Source of the DNA: Octopus vulgaris
Lineage: Eukaryota
Direction: 5' to 3'
DNA: 64,000 nucleotides
Assembly: GCA_951406725.2 (NCBI GenBank)
Contig: OX597816.1
Location: 108,562,001-108,626,000 of the forward strand
Within the stretch, counting starts at the first letter, position 1; each line of letters opens with the position of its first letter. Shown one piece after another: positions 27,654-40,284 of this stretch. The notes below the pieces were generated by a model. The model was not told the origin of the DNA and searched no databases. It saw only the letters and a program-made list of their open reading frames with translations. The position numbers and the translations under genes are program-made.

Positions 27654-27726
27654 GTGATCTCTTGAGCACCACCAGCAAAAATATTTTTTCCTCTGTCTTC
27701 CCTTCTTGGGATCTTTCCTTCTCCTT

Positions 27727-27761
27727 GTTTCCGACGAAGAGCTCCGCTCGAAACGTTAAAC
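27727..27761 (+). ncRNA. Minimal type I hammerhead ribozyme motif (Penelope-like), U4-to-C variant, within a probable PLE terminal fragment (~27650-27860)
   Basis: GUUU-CCGACGA-A-GAGC(UCC)GCUC-GAAACGU-U-AAAC. Stem I GUUU/AAAC, stem II GAGC/GCUC, palindromic ACGU stem III. Confidence 0.6.
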
Positions 27762-27867
27762 CCCTCCTTCCCTTCTTTCCTGAGCGTCAATAATACTTTA
27801 ATTGTTCCACGTCCTCGCGTTGCTGTGTTTTTTTCTGTGTTTTCTTGTTTGGATTAACTATATATAT

Positions 27868-29045
27868 ATGTGTCGGTGGCACATAAAAAGTAGTCAGTAC
27901 CGCTTGTGGTACCAGTGCCGGTGGCACACAAGAATCCATCCGAACATGGCCGTAGTCAGTACCGCATCACTGGCCATCGTGCTGTGGGCACATAACAAAC
28001 ACCATCCAATCGTGGCCGTTCGCCAGTCTCATCTAGCACCTGTGTCGGTGGCACATAAAAACACCATCCGAAGACCCGGCAAGACTAGTCAGGCCATAAA
28101 CCATGGCCCCTACCTGGGACGTAGTCAGTCCACCTGTGCATACCTTCCTCCTTGTGATACTTGTGAAGGCCTGTTGAGGCAAGTGAAAATCAAAATCAAA
28201 ATCAAATCAAAACAAATCAAAATAGATGAACATCAATGGAATTTGTATCTTTGTGGTACCAGTGCCGGTGGCACACAAGAGAAAACCATCCGAAAGTGGC
28301 CGTAGCCAGTACCGCATCGACTGGCCTCCGTGCTGTGGGCACATGACAAACACCATCCGATCGTGGCCGTTTGCTAGCCTCATCTAGCACCTGTGTTGGT
28401 GGCACATAAAAACACCATCCGAAGACCCGGCAAGACTAGTCAGGCCATAACCCATGGCCCCTACCTGGGACGTAGTCAGTCCACCTGTGCATACCTTCCT
28501 TCTTGTGACACTTGTGAAGACCTGTTGAGGCAAGTGAAAATCAAAACAAATCAAAATAGATGAACATCAATGGAATTTGTATCTTTGTGGTACCAGTGCC
28601 GGTGGCACGTGGCACACAAGAAAACCATCCGAACGTGGCCGTAGCCAGTACCGCTTCGACTGGCCTCCGTGCTGTGGGCACGTGACAAGCACCATCCGAT
28701 CGTGGCCGTTTGCCAGCCTCATCTGGCACCTGTGTCGGTGGCACATAAAAACACCATCCGAGCGTGGCCGTCTGCCAGCCTCGTCTGGCACCTGTGTCGG
28801 TGGCACATAAAAAACACCATCCGAGCGTGGCCGTTTGCCAGCCTCGTCTGGCACCTGTGTCGGTGGCACATAAAATCACCCACTACACTCTCGGAGTGGT
28901 TGGCGTTAGGAAGGGCATCCAGCTGTAGAAACACTGCCAGATCTGACTGGACTGGTGCAGCTTTCGGGCTCCCCAGACCCCAGTTGAACCGTCCAACCCA
29001 TGCTAGCATGGAAAGCGGACGTTAAATGATGATGATGATGATGAT
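27868..29045 (+). mobile_element. RTE 3'-end multimer (~350-bp period) ending in a hairpin-unit array and (GAT)n tail
   Basis: gaagacccggcaagactagtcagg at 28070 and 28421; ttgtggtaccagtgccggtggcac at ~27904, 28251 and ~28585. Confidence 0.88.
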
Positions 29046-29496
29046 TAGTGGAATATAATATATACCTGCTAACTCAGAAGCCTAATATGGATCCCTAGCT
29101 GGAGCCTAATAATGACCAATTACAGCACTTACTCAGCGTACCTATTCATTTAGATCATCAGTGAACTAAACCCCTCATATTTTATGTACACACACACACA
29201 CACGTACCCGTATAAAAATTTAATATAAAATTGAAAGCTAGTTATTTTGCAAAATTTTTCTGTTAATTCTTGAATACTTATAAAACACAAAGATGTATAT
29301 TCCTGTTTGAAATATAGTCCCGAAATGGTTAAACATAAACAACACTACAATGAGAAATTATCTTCAAACATTCTGCAGGGACACACTATGTTGGATCTAG
29401 AGGCATTATCATCGGCATCATCATCATTTAAGGTCCATTTTCCATGCTAGCATGGGTTGGACATCAATTAGGAAATGCATACCACTTTCAACTTAC

Positions 29497-29564
29497 CCGT
29501 CATGATCTTCTGCAGAAACCATTTTACTTGATTCTGTAAGTGCTTCCTTTAATTCCTGGTTCTC
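29497..29564 (-). CDS. Internal exon C (68 nt, phase 0-2) of coiled-coil gene
   Basis: ttttgcag|GAG AAC CAG...GAC GG|gtaagt. Encodes ENQELKEALTESSKMVSAEDHD; GG+G gives Gly with the next exon. Confidence 0.9.
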
Positions 29565-30299
29565 CTGCAAAAGAATATATATATATATAAATCATCAGAT
29601 GTCACTGTAGCCAATGGGAATAAGCAGATCAATTGTCAAAGGTATTCTAGTCATGGTCATTTCAGCACTTTGTACCTTGACGATTACATTGTTTTAAATA
29701 TCCATTTTTTTTTTCTTAAGACAGTAGTATGTGATACAAAGGAAGTTTATCTGGTATTTCTAACAGGTCTAGCAACAACATATAGCATCTTAAAAGCATT
29801 AGATTTAACCCTTTAGCATTAAGATTACTCTGTTAAATGCAATGCATATCTATTTACATTCTTTTAAATTAATGATGCATAATCTCATAGCTTTTGAGAT
29901 TCTGATGGTATAATAGTTAATTTTTAGTATGATATTGTAGGGCAGGTATGAGAAGCTGGGTTTGGTCAGTTTGAACACAAGGCAGGTAGCATGTTTGGGC
30001 TGAACAGGGCTGGTTTAAATGCTGAAGAGTTAAAGTAGAGGTATATGAATGAATGAGAATTTGAGTCAGCGGGGGTGCATTTAAGTTGATCAATATGCTC
30101 ACCCTATCGTGTTAAACAGAGAAAGATATATAAAACAATATAGACAAAGATGCATCATGTCAGAAAAAATATGGAATGGTCACAGTTGGAAGGTCTATAA
30201 TTATAATTTGCTTTATTTTATGTTCAAACCAGCCAGATTAGATCTCTCACACCTATCCTGCAATGTCAAGCTAAAAATAAACAATCACATCATTGTAAT

Positions 30300-30672
30300 T
30301 CTTTTATGCTTTCATCTTTTTAATTGTTTCAGCCATTTGACTGCAGTCATGGTGAAGCACTGCCTTTAAGGATTTTTTAGTCTTTGTAAGCCTCGTACTT
30401 ATTCTATCAGTTTCTACTGCCAAACCACTAAGTTACAGGGACATAAACACACCAACATCAGTGGCCAGAGATGCTAGGAGGACAAACACAGATGCACACA
30501 TACACACATATATACATATATAACAGGCTTCTTTCAGTTTCTGTCTGCCAAATCCACGCACAAGGCTTTGGTATGTCTGAGGCTATAGAAAACACTTGAC
30601 CAAGATACCATGCACAGGGACTGTACCTGGAACAATGTGGTTGGTAAGCAAGCTTCTTACCACACAGCCATG
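30300..30672 (-). mobile_element. SINE family A inserted in a family F MITE
   Basis: MITE sequence stops at cacatcattgtaatt and resumes as gaagctacaagataatgc after the SINE head. Confidence 0.8.
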
Positions 30673-31224
30673 CATTGAAGCTACAAGATAATGCAGGTTA
30701 TATTTAAAACAATATGAATCAATAAACATTACATCTGACTGAGTAATTTAAGAGTTATACAACAAGTAGAAGTGAAAATGATATTTGTAATGGGTTTTTC
30801 TAGATTATTAGTTAAATAAGTCGCAGGGAAGCATCTAAAAGAATGAACTGTAATGAGAAAATTTTATGTTTGGTCTATACACTGAACCTCCATCCTTGGT
30901 TATGAGTTCAAAACTCTAGCTGTAATGATAAACATTGTATTGGGGCTTTAATCTTTTCCTTTTTTAAGGAAGTTGGTCATACAAAATTACATCACTTTAT
31001 ATAATTCCAGTTTTTCTGCAAGTGCTATTCATACACCTAAAGTTTGCAAACTCATCTATACACTATATACATATATATATACACACACACACACACACTA
31101 TCATCATCATCGTTTAATGATGACGTTGATGATAGTGTGTATATCGATATATAGTGTATAGATTGAGTTTGCAAACTTTAGATATTTAAATAGCATTTGC
31201 ATATATATATATATATATATATAT

Positions 31225-31414
31225 ATGAGGAGGGTAAGAAAATACAGGAGGATCAGTTAATTATGATTTAATTTAACATATTCCCCTTTCAGATTCATAC
31301 ACTTATTGCAGCAGTCCTTCAGTTTTTCTAAGCACTGTAAAAGAACTTGGAAGATTGGGCCTCCAACCACACCTTTCATAATACCCTTAAAGCCAGAAAC
31401 TTTTCAGCACCCAC
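31225..31414. mobile_element. Tc1/mariner-type MITE remnant
   Basis: Right end aagccagaaacttttcagcaccc is the complement of a gggtgctgaaaagtt-type mariner TIR; flanked by TA/GT microsatellites. Confidence 0.55.
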
Positions 31415-31799
31415 TTGTGTGTGTGTGTGATTGTGTGTGTGTGTGCATGCATGTATGTATATATAGAGAGATTTAAGAATACCTCAACTATAGTCAATTT
31501 ATCTGATTTTACATTGGCCTCAGCTAACATATTTAAAAGCATAAAAACTTTTAATAAAAAAGAAACACCTAAACACCAACACTGAAGTGGAAAAATCAAA
31601 TGAAATATATTGAAAATATGTACAAACCAGATATAAGCTAAGAATTTTTTTTTTTGAAATGTTTTTTTCATGTTACTTCAAAGTTTCAAGTTATATCACT
31701 TGTCTTGGAATCAATTACCAACATAAATCGAGGTATGCCAACATCATCATCATCATCCTCGTTTAACGTCTGCCTTCCATGCTGGCATGGGTGGATATA

Positions 31800-31887
<88 letters not shown>

Positions 31888-33049
31888 TATGGTGTAAAAA
31901 TGTAAATGGCATATTTTTTTAATAACTCTAGAGTAAATGAGGAAATTAATGTTAACCTTTTCATAACCTGATTTCTAATGAAAAACATAAGCTCTCAATG
32001 AGTTTTAATGAGTTTTAGTTAATTTTGACAATAATGAAGAAATTGGGAGGATTTAGTGAAGTAACCAATCTTATCATTATTAAATTGGTGTTTGGAACAT
32101 AACTTAGAAGATTCTCACAAGAAATTATGAGGGGAGGCTGTATTGAAAATAAAAAAACACTTTAAAGAAGTTTATTATTACAGAAGTAGATATAGTTTCA
32201 AGTGGGTTATAGAAAGAGTTAAGAAATAGAAAACCATTCTAAAACGTTTTATGCATCATTTTTTTTCTTTTTATTATCTTTATTTTATTAGAGAGAGAGA
32301 GAAAGAGAGAGGGAGAGAATGTGTGTGTGTGTGTGTGCGTGTGCGTGCGCACGCACACGCACGTGTGTGTGCACACACACGTGTGCCCATGCGTCAGCAT
32401 CATCATCAGTTAGCATTCATTTTCCATGCTGGCATGGGTTAGACAGGTTGACCAGAGCTGGCACCAAGTTTGAATCTGATTTGGCTTGGTTTCAAAAGTT
32501 GGATGCTCTTCCCAATGCCAACCATTTTACAGAGTGTGCTGGGTGCCTTTTACATAGCACCAGTACAGGGCTCTTGCAGGCCAATTCCCTTCAGGGGTAG
32601 GGGGCAGTATTGTGTGATAGAAACATTTCTTCTACAAAAAGTTTAGTCTCGTAAATCAAGGACAAATTTATTAAATACTCGTATACAAATATTCTTCATA
32701 CATGGAATATGTATGTATGTATGTATCATAAATCAAGGATGCACAGGCTTCTTGACTTGCAAGAAATATCAGTTAAATGGCACAAAAGAACAAGAAATAC
32801 TGTAATCCTAAATGCAGCTAAAATGATAGATAGGATGATCAAAGCACGAATTCATTTGATCAAAAGGACCTTTGATTAGGATTGACTGGGGTTATCAAAT
32901 AAGTCATACAAACAATATACACTGAGGAAATTCCTATGCAGTCACCTGAAATGCTAGAAATAGCAACCAAACTCTCTCAAATCACATCCTACTATTTTAA
33001 TAAAAGAAAGGAGGATACATTGGATGATGCAGTCCTGCAAACATTGTAC

Positions 33050-33340
33050 ATAAGCCTAGTACTTATTCTATTGGTCTCTCTTGCCGAACCGCTAAGTTAC
33101 AGGGATGTAAACACACCACCATCAGTTGTCAAGCGATGCTGTGGGTGGGTGGGGGACACAAACACATACATACACATATATACGACAGGCTTCTTTCAGT
33201 TTCCGTCTACCAAATCCACTCAAAGGCTTTGGTCGGCCCGAGGCTACAGTAAAAACACTTGCCCAAGGTGCTATGCAGTGGGAATAAACCCAGAACCATG
33301 TGGTTGGTAAGCAAGTTACTTACCACACAGCCACTCCTGG
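33050..33340 (-). mobile_element. SINE family A copy 175 bp downstream of exon B
   Basis: Matches 51255-51550. Confidence 0.85.
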
Positions 33341-33514
33341 TTATAGTTAGAACTCCTTTTATCATGAATTTATTCAGTATAAAGCGATTTGAGACAACAA
33401 CATAACAACAAAAACAACAGCTCATACAAACATATCAAATAGTAAAATATAGAAACCAAATAACAGGTAAGGTGCAATACAGAGTTTAAAGAACTATATA
33501 AATAAAAGACTTAC

Positions 33515-33649
33515 ATTTTGAGATGAGTTAATTTTCTCTGTGAGGACTTCATTGGCCACTTTGAGCTCTTGGTTCACTTGGTTAGCATGATCTAAGTCCT
33601 GCTCCATTTTGGCAAGGTCTCTCTGGCTACACTTGATCTCCCGATTTGT
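33515..33649 (-). CDS. Internal exon B (135 nt, phase 0-0) of coiled-coil gene
   Basis: tttttcag|ACA AAT CGG...CAA AAT|gtaagt. Encodes TNREIKCSQRDLAKMEQDLDHANQVNQELKVANEVLTEKINSSQN. Confidence 0.9.
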
Positions 33650-35344
33650 CTGAAAAATTCAAGAGAAAAACTTTGTGTGTGACATGTGTGATTGAATTTC
33701 TGCTGAAGGGAATGGAAATTTCTGGAAATCACAAATTCAACAGAAAAAGGATCTTCTACATTGATCATTTGATCGGTGAGAAGTGGCTGCCACCTCAAAT
33801 CATTAATTTCTTCATCACTGTCATCAACATTTAAACCCTTTAGCATTTAAACTGGCTATATCTGGCCAAAATTTTCTACTTGTTTAATGTTCAAACTGAC
33901 CAGATCTGGTCTCTCACACCTACCCTACAACATCATTCTAAAACTAAGCAATCACATCATCAAAATCTGAAGGCTACAAGATAATGCAGGATTAATCATT
34001 TATGCAATTGCTAGCAATAATAGTCCAAATCTTCTTCAACCCAACTATCTTAGAAAAAAGGAAAAGACACACTGCATAATGTAGTCCTAGATACACTATA
34101 TCTGAAAAAATATGAGATGGTCTTAGTTGGAATATTTTTGATTGCTAGTCTGCTAGACAACAATTAAACAAAAAATTGAAGTCTTGAATATTGGGGTTTT
34201 TTGGGTCTTTTTATTTAATTTTTCATAGATGCATGGTTTGACATCTTTTAATAATGGAACTAAAGGAAAGTACCTTGTGGGAGTGCTCTGTGCACTAAAT
34301 ACTCATAATGTAAGATCTCATATGAATAATATAGTGAGCTGCAAAACTTCAAATAAGTGAGACTATTCATACATTTAGTAACCAAATGTTCCTACTATAG
34401 ATTTTTTAAAATTCTATAAAAAAAGGGAGGTGTGTGAGTGTGTGTGTGTTATATATTTTATCATTTACTTATTTCAATCATTGGACTGTGACCATGCTGG
34501 GGTACCACCTTGGGAGGTTTAGCTAAGCATAACCCTGGTACATATTTATGCAAATCTACCAGTGGCATATGGTGGTTGTTGTGCTGGGTGTGCTGCCACA
34601 CCCAATGCCACCAAATTTCAAGCAGGAGTATGACAAAAGTTTTCCATTAAGATTTGTGATTAAAGTTAATATTTATAATGAATTTTCCATTTTCAATGGG
34701 TGTGGAGCTCATACCTAGCACACTCAGAATATTCACTCCTAAAGTCTACTACTTATTCATTCTATCAGTCTCTTTTGCTGAATCACTAAATTGTGAGGAT
34801 GTAAATAATCCAACATGTTGTAAAATGCTGGGGGAGTAGCAGTCAGCCACACACACACACACACACTTATGCGTATGTATATATGTATATTTTTCTTAAG
34901 ATAAATTCTCCATCACAGAATTCAAGCTTTATCATTAACATGGTAATTCCAGGAATCTATATGTAAGAGGAATTGTGTGTGTATCTTCATATATGTTCAT
35001 GTATGTGTATGTAGAAGTACTTGCACTCATATAATGAGAATGTATATATCATTATAGATATACAAGTGTGCATGTGTGCATGTGTGTCTGTGTATGTGCA
35101 ATTACTTTTTCTCTGTATATGTTCATTCTAAAAATTTTACATGGAGAATCTTTGGAATGTACTATAAATCTTCATTGTATATTAATCAATTTATGTGGAC
35201 ATTGCAAATTAGATTGCTTTGTTCTTTCTTTCATGTGTGTGTGTGTATGTGTAAGAGCGAGAGAGAGAAAGAGAGAGTTTATGAATGTATCAGTGTACAA
35301 ACATACATATGCCTATATATGTGTCAAAATCAAATGTAAATGTA

Positions 35345-35850
35345 TCCTGTATTTGCAAGGGTTTCCCAAGAGTTTTAAGCAGATGATGCGAGATAAATCC
35401 CTGTATTCATACAATGTTTGTAAGGTTTCCTCTTCAGGGTCTGAAAATACTTCAGCTCTGAGCAGTTACTGAATCTCTCTGCAAAGCTTAAGTGTGACCT
35501 ACATTGAAGAGCTAGAATGGTGTGCTGCTGTTACATACACAAACATCTTGTGGCTACTACATCCCGAAGAAAGCCATCCAGTATGATGAGCAAAGAGTCA
35601 TTCACCAATATAATACAAGTATTGGCTCTTAGATGTATTGTCTCTTTTCACTGTATCTTCTACTGCTACTACAGTAATTTCTACTCCTCTGTACCATTTG
35701 AAACCAGGTTCACCCAATGTACATGCTTATTTATCTTGCCAAATCTAAAGTACTTCAACTTTAAATTCTTTGTTTTATTGTAATCTATTCCTTTCTCTAA
35801 AGAACTGTCACAGTTTGAGACATCCTCCTTGCCAACACTGACAGGTATTA
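35345..35850 (+). mobile_element. Highly decayed CR1-group LINE RT fragment
   Basis: Broken translation KYFSSEQLLNL.KA.V.PTL..W..RKAI..ESFTNIIQVLALRCIVSFHCIFYCYY resembles the CR1/L2 C-terminal pattern. Confidence 0.6.
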
Positions 35851-36636
35851 TTAGCCCTTTTGATATCAAACTACTTGTGATGACTCTTGGTTCTATGGTA
35901 CAGGCTTCTTGTTTTAAAGTGAGTTAAATTAAAACTTACATTAAAATTTCATGTTAATTTATGTAGTGAACAGATTAATAATGACAAAGTTATTTTACCA
36001 TATTCTTCATTATTTTCTAAGTTAATTGTAAAGAAAAGAATGTGTTCAATAAAAATACGGTAACAAAAAGAATAACTGACTTATAAAATTTCAGGCTGAA
36101 CATCATCCTAACCAGTCTGGGAGGATCTGCAAAGGTTACAATACATGCTATCCTCATCACCTTAATATCAACTAAATAACAGTAAAGGAGCCATCTCTAT
36201 GAGGTCACTCAACTTGCTAAAAATAGTAACCCAATCTCTCTCAAATCATATCTTACTGATTAGAAAAGGATACACTAGATAATTAGACAATGTGGTTTTT
36301 GTTGCACTAAATGTATAAAAATACTGGATGGTCACAAATGGAATGTCTTTGATTATAAGTCTGTTCGATTAGAGGTAACCTAATGCTAAATAACAGCAGC
36401 AAGAAAAATCAAGGTAATAATTACAAAAATAGTAATATTTCCAAGAGTTATGGTATTCCTAAAAACTAGATTCAATAAAGAACATACAATTGACAGCATA
36501 GCTGCCAAAACACAGCAAAAAATAGTTTCGAGCATGTGGATATATCTTTTAACACACCCTCACCGCATACAGCATGTATATATTTTTGCATTCCCAAACA
36601 AAAAAGAGAGTGCTTGAAAGAGATGTGTTAAGACTA

Positions 36637-36668
<32 letters not shown>

Positions 36669-37683
36669 CATAACTATATTCATATTATAAATCAATATCA
36701 TTATGAATGGGCTAATACTAGTTAATATAAATAGATCTTTTATCGGATCAGATTCAATGCAGATAATTATTCCTGTGGTTCAATCAATGGAACTACCTAC
36801 TCATGAATTTATTGTGAATTTAGGTGGCTGAGTATTGCATAAACATATATATATATATATAAACCCTTATAGTAAGAATCAATGTTATAATGTGACACAA
36901 GTCTGGCTTTTTGAATTTACAAGTAAAGTTCGTCTAATAAGCACATACACACAAGTTTCCAACTACATAGTTCTAACAAGGAATAGGCTGACTTGAGGCT
37001 ATGACAGAAAATATAAGATATTTGCCCAGTGTGCTGCACTGTGAGATTGAACCTGGGACCTCATGATTGAGGAGCAAACTTCTTAACTATTTAACCATTC
37101 GTATAAACATACACACAAAACCAGATCTTTGTATTGAGATAAACTCTAAAATAGCTGTTCATCTCTTCCTTTATGCAACAATTCTCAGAGGTCCTAGTAA
37201 GATCATGAGCACTACCCCTACCTCACTTTCCCCTCTGACTAAGCCATAAAAAAATTATCAAAAAATAAACACACTCATTTTTGCACAAAAATCTATTTTA
37301 AGCATAAATGTGATAAGGTTGCATAGGGATTAATTTATGGTTATGTATATATCATCACCATTATCATCATCAACATTAATGTCTGTTTCCATGCTGGCAG
37401 TTTGACTGGAGCTGGTAAAGTTAGGGGCTGCACCAGGCTCCGTTGTCTGTTCTGGCATGGTTTCTACAACCAGATGCCCTTCCTTAACACCAATCACTCC
37501 ACAGAGTACACTGGGTGCTTTTAACATGGCATCAGCATGAGTGCTTTTTACGTGACACCAGCACCGGTATCAATTCTGCTGTGGCAGACAGGTCTTCTTT
37601 AGTACAACAATTTGCCAGATATCTAAACCCCTAGCCATCTCCTACATCAGGCTCAGTGTCTTGAGATCAGCCTTCGATAAGTA

Positions 37684-38035
37684 CAGTAGAATCTCACAGT
37701 ACAAGTGCCCCATTGTATGAGTAATTTGCTGTATGAGCTGAGACTCATGCAAATTTTTGTCTTGAAGTACGAGCACAGAAATCTTTAAGGTAATTCAGTT
37801 AATAAAACCAGTTTACATTTTGCATTTTCTTTTTTATAATTGTCATTTTACTTGTAACTACACTATATCTGTTTTAAAACCCACAAAAAATTATTTTTGA
37901 GTGGTTTTGAAGGGCTGGAATGAATTAATTATATTTTAGTTAATTTCAGTGGGAAAAACTGATTTGCAAAACAAGTAAATCGTAAGACAAGCTCGGTCAT
38001 GGAACAAATTAAACTCGTACTGTGAAGTATACCTG
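37684..38035. mobile_element. pogo/Tigger-like MITE
   Basis: Left ta-cagtagaatctcacagtacaagt pairs imperfectly with right actcgtactgtgaagtatacctg. Confidence 0.6.
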
Positions 38036-38416
38036 AATGTGAAAAAAGTTTCAACATTTTCATGTAAAAATCAATGCTATAAAATTAATTATATGATATA
38101 ACTGACATTAGGAAGGCCATCCAGTTGTAGAAACCATACCAAATCAGATTGGAAACAAATGACAGTTACCAAAGCAACTGTTTGCAAACCAGTGCACGAG
38201 ATACACACATAGACAAAAGAAACACGAAAACATTAGCACACACATACATTCACAAACACACATGCACACACTGTGTGAACTACTGAGATTCCTGTTGACA
38301 TGCTGCTGATATTAAATAAAGTGCTAAATATTTATGGTATGCAAATTAGTAGTACCAGTTCTTTGAAGTTACTGGATTTATTGTGTAGAGATTAAGATTG
38401 GTCATGAGATGTAGAC

Positions 38417-38459
38417 ACCTCTGATGAGGCCCCATAAAGGGTTGAAAATTGGTTAAGGT
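38417..38459 (+). ncRNA. Degenerate type I hammerhead ribozyme motif
   Basis: ACCU-CUGAUGA-GGCCC(cauaaa)GGGUU-GAAA-AUUGG-UUA-AGGU. Intact core, stem I ACCU/AGGU, stem II with two G-U pairs. Confidence 0.55.
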
Positions 38460-40187
38460 TATTCATCACATTTTCAATCTACTGAGAAAGAAGTTAAATT
38501 TGCCATGCTCATAAGTCAACTTATTACATAGCTTTACATATGTACATGCATGCATATACAATTGGCTTCTTTAGGTTTCCATTTTCGAAATCTACTGACA
38601 AGCCTTTGGTAAGCCTTGTAGGCTATAGCAGACTGAATCAGAAACCACAAGTGAATTTCTTAACTACACAATTATGCCAACACTTAATGTGTGAACATAG
38701 TATATATTGTATACATAGAACTTACCATAGCTTTTTCAGATAAGATAATGCAAGCAACTATAACCCTCCATGGGACCTCTACCACTTGTACTCAGATTGG
38801 GAACCTGACTTGCACCCATATATCAGGTGGCCAAGTTAAACAGGTTCACAATATTGAATACTACCATTCAAAAACAATAGTCTCTCAATCAGATTTCCAC
38901 ACTATTTCTCTCATCCAAATTTCAATCATAACGTACATTTGTTAGCTTCGAAGATGTTGATTAAATGGAGAGAGAGAGAGAGAGAGATAAAGTATAATAA
39001 GAGAGGAAGAGGTGGTGCTGTCTGCAACTATTTTTTTTTTAATATCTCTCCATTATTCATAAAGATATATTGTCATTGTTTAGAGCATCAATAATTATGA
39101 GTTTAATATACTGGATGATAATAAAACCTTAACTATAAGACCATAAAATTTAAGATTTACTGATACTTTTAGCTTTAGATAGAAACTGATTAACTCTTTT
39201 ACAGTGAAAAGCAGACATATCCACTCAAAATTTCATTAGTCTTAATTGTAGAAAGCAATTCCATATACTAATCTATCTTTTGTTGAGGAATGTCATGTTT
39301 GAAACTATTTTCTGCTGATATATGTCAAACTGTTGAATGTGTATATATGTATTCAAGTGTATATGTATGAGGAGGTGTGTGTGTGCATGTGAGCATATTT
39401 GTGTCTCCTTGACACTGTGTGACAGTTGTAAAATGTTAATCACTCTCATACAAACTGTGTCATTCATTTACAATATTCTAAAAGAACATGTCTGGTCATG
39501 GGAAAATATTGCCTTGCTTGGAAGCTTGGAAACAGGTGAGGGTTGACAGTAGAAAGGGCATTTGATCATAGAAAATTTGCCTCAATAAAATTCTGTCCAA
39601 GCCATGCAAGTATGGAAGAGCGGATGCTTAACTCTTCAGCATTCAGATAACTGTCAAATGTGATGCTTACTTCTTCACATTGTTTTGAATTAACTATGCA
39701 TTATCTTGTCGCTTCAAGATTTCAATGATGTTATTGTTTATGTTTAGAATGACATCATAGGAAAGCTTCAAGAGGCCAGATCCGGCCAGACTGAACATAA
39801 AATAAGTAAAATATTTGGACCAGGTATGGCCAGTTTAAATGCTAATGGATTAAACGATGACAATGATAATGATGATGATGATATTATAGCAATTTCATAG
39901 TGAAGATAAATAAGACATGTTTCCCATGGAGTTTCCATGAGTCTGGCTAGTACATAATATAATCTAAGTAATATGTCCCTTGGAGCTAAACAACAGTAGT
40001 ATTCGTCCCAACCAGGACTGCCACATTAGGTTGGCAAATAATCTTTACTTTGAAGTACTGCTACTGAATATCTCTTGTTGAGAAATTTAGGAACAATAAT
40101 GTTTCTGTTTAATATACGATTATGCATAGTATACACTTAATACATATCAAACATACATACGTAGAATGAAAACAATTTCCAACTCAC

Positions 40188-40284
40188 ATTTTTGGTTAAA
40201 ACCTCTTTCTCAGTTTCTAGAAGTTTGATTAGCTGTTCATTTTCTACCTTTTCCTTCAGCAGTCGTCTATTTTCTTCTTTTAAT
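40188..40284 (-). CDS. Internal exon A (97 nt, phase 2-0) of an unidentified coiled-coil protein gene
   Basis: tttcag|A TTA AAA GAA...AAA AAT|gtgagt. Encodes LKEENRRLLKEKVENEQLIKLLETEKEVLTKN with heptad character and joins the exon at 33649 in phase 0. Confidence 0.88.

Noticed and set aside
28690-28760. Resemblance of the unit (GGCCG..CCAGCCUCG..CUGGC) to the HDV ribozyme, and of GCCGGU..UAAAA to twister
   Set aside because: Could not build the HDV P1/P1.1/P2 nested pseudoknot, and the twister CCCAAGC/GAGGG elements are absent.
35415-35445. Minus-strand CUGAAGA-G-GAAA hammerhead-like word
   Set aside because: No stem II, and it lies inside a decayed LINE coding fragment.
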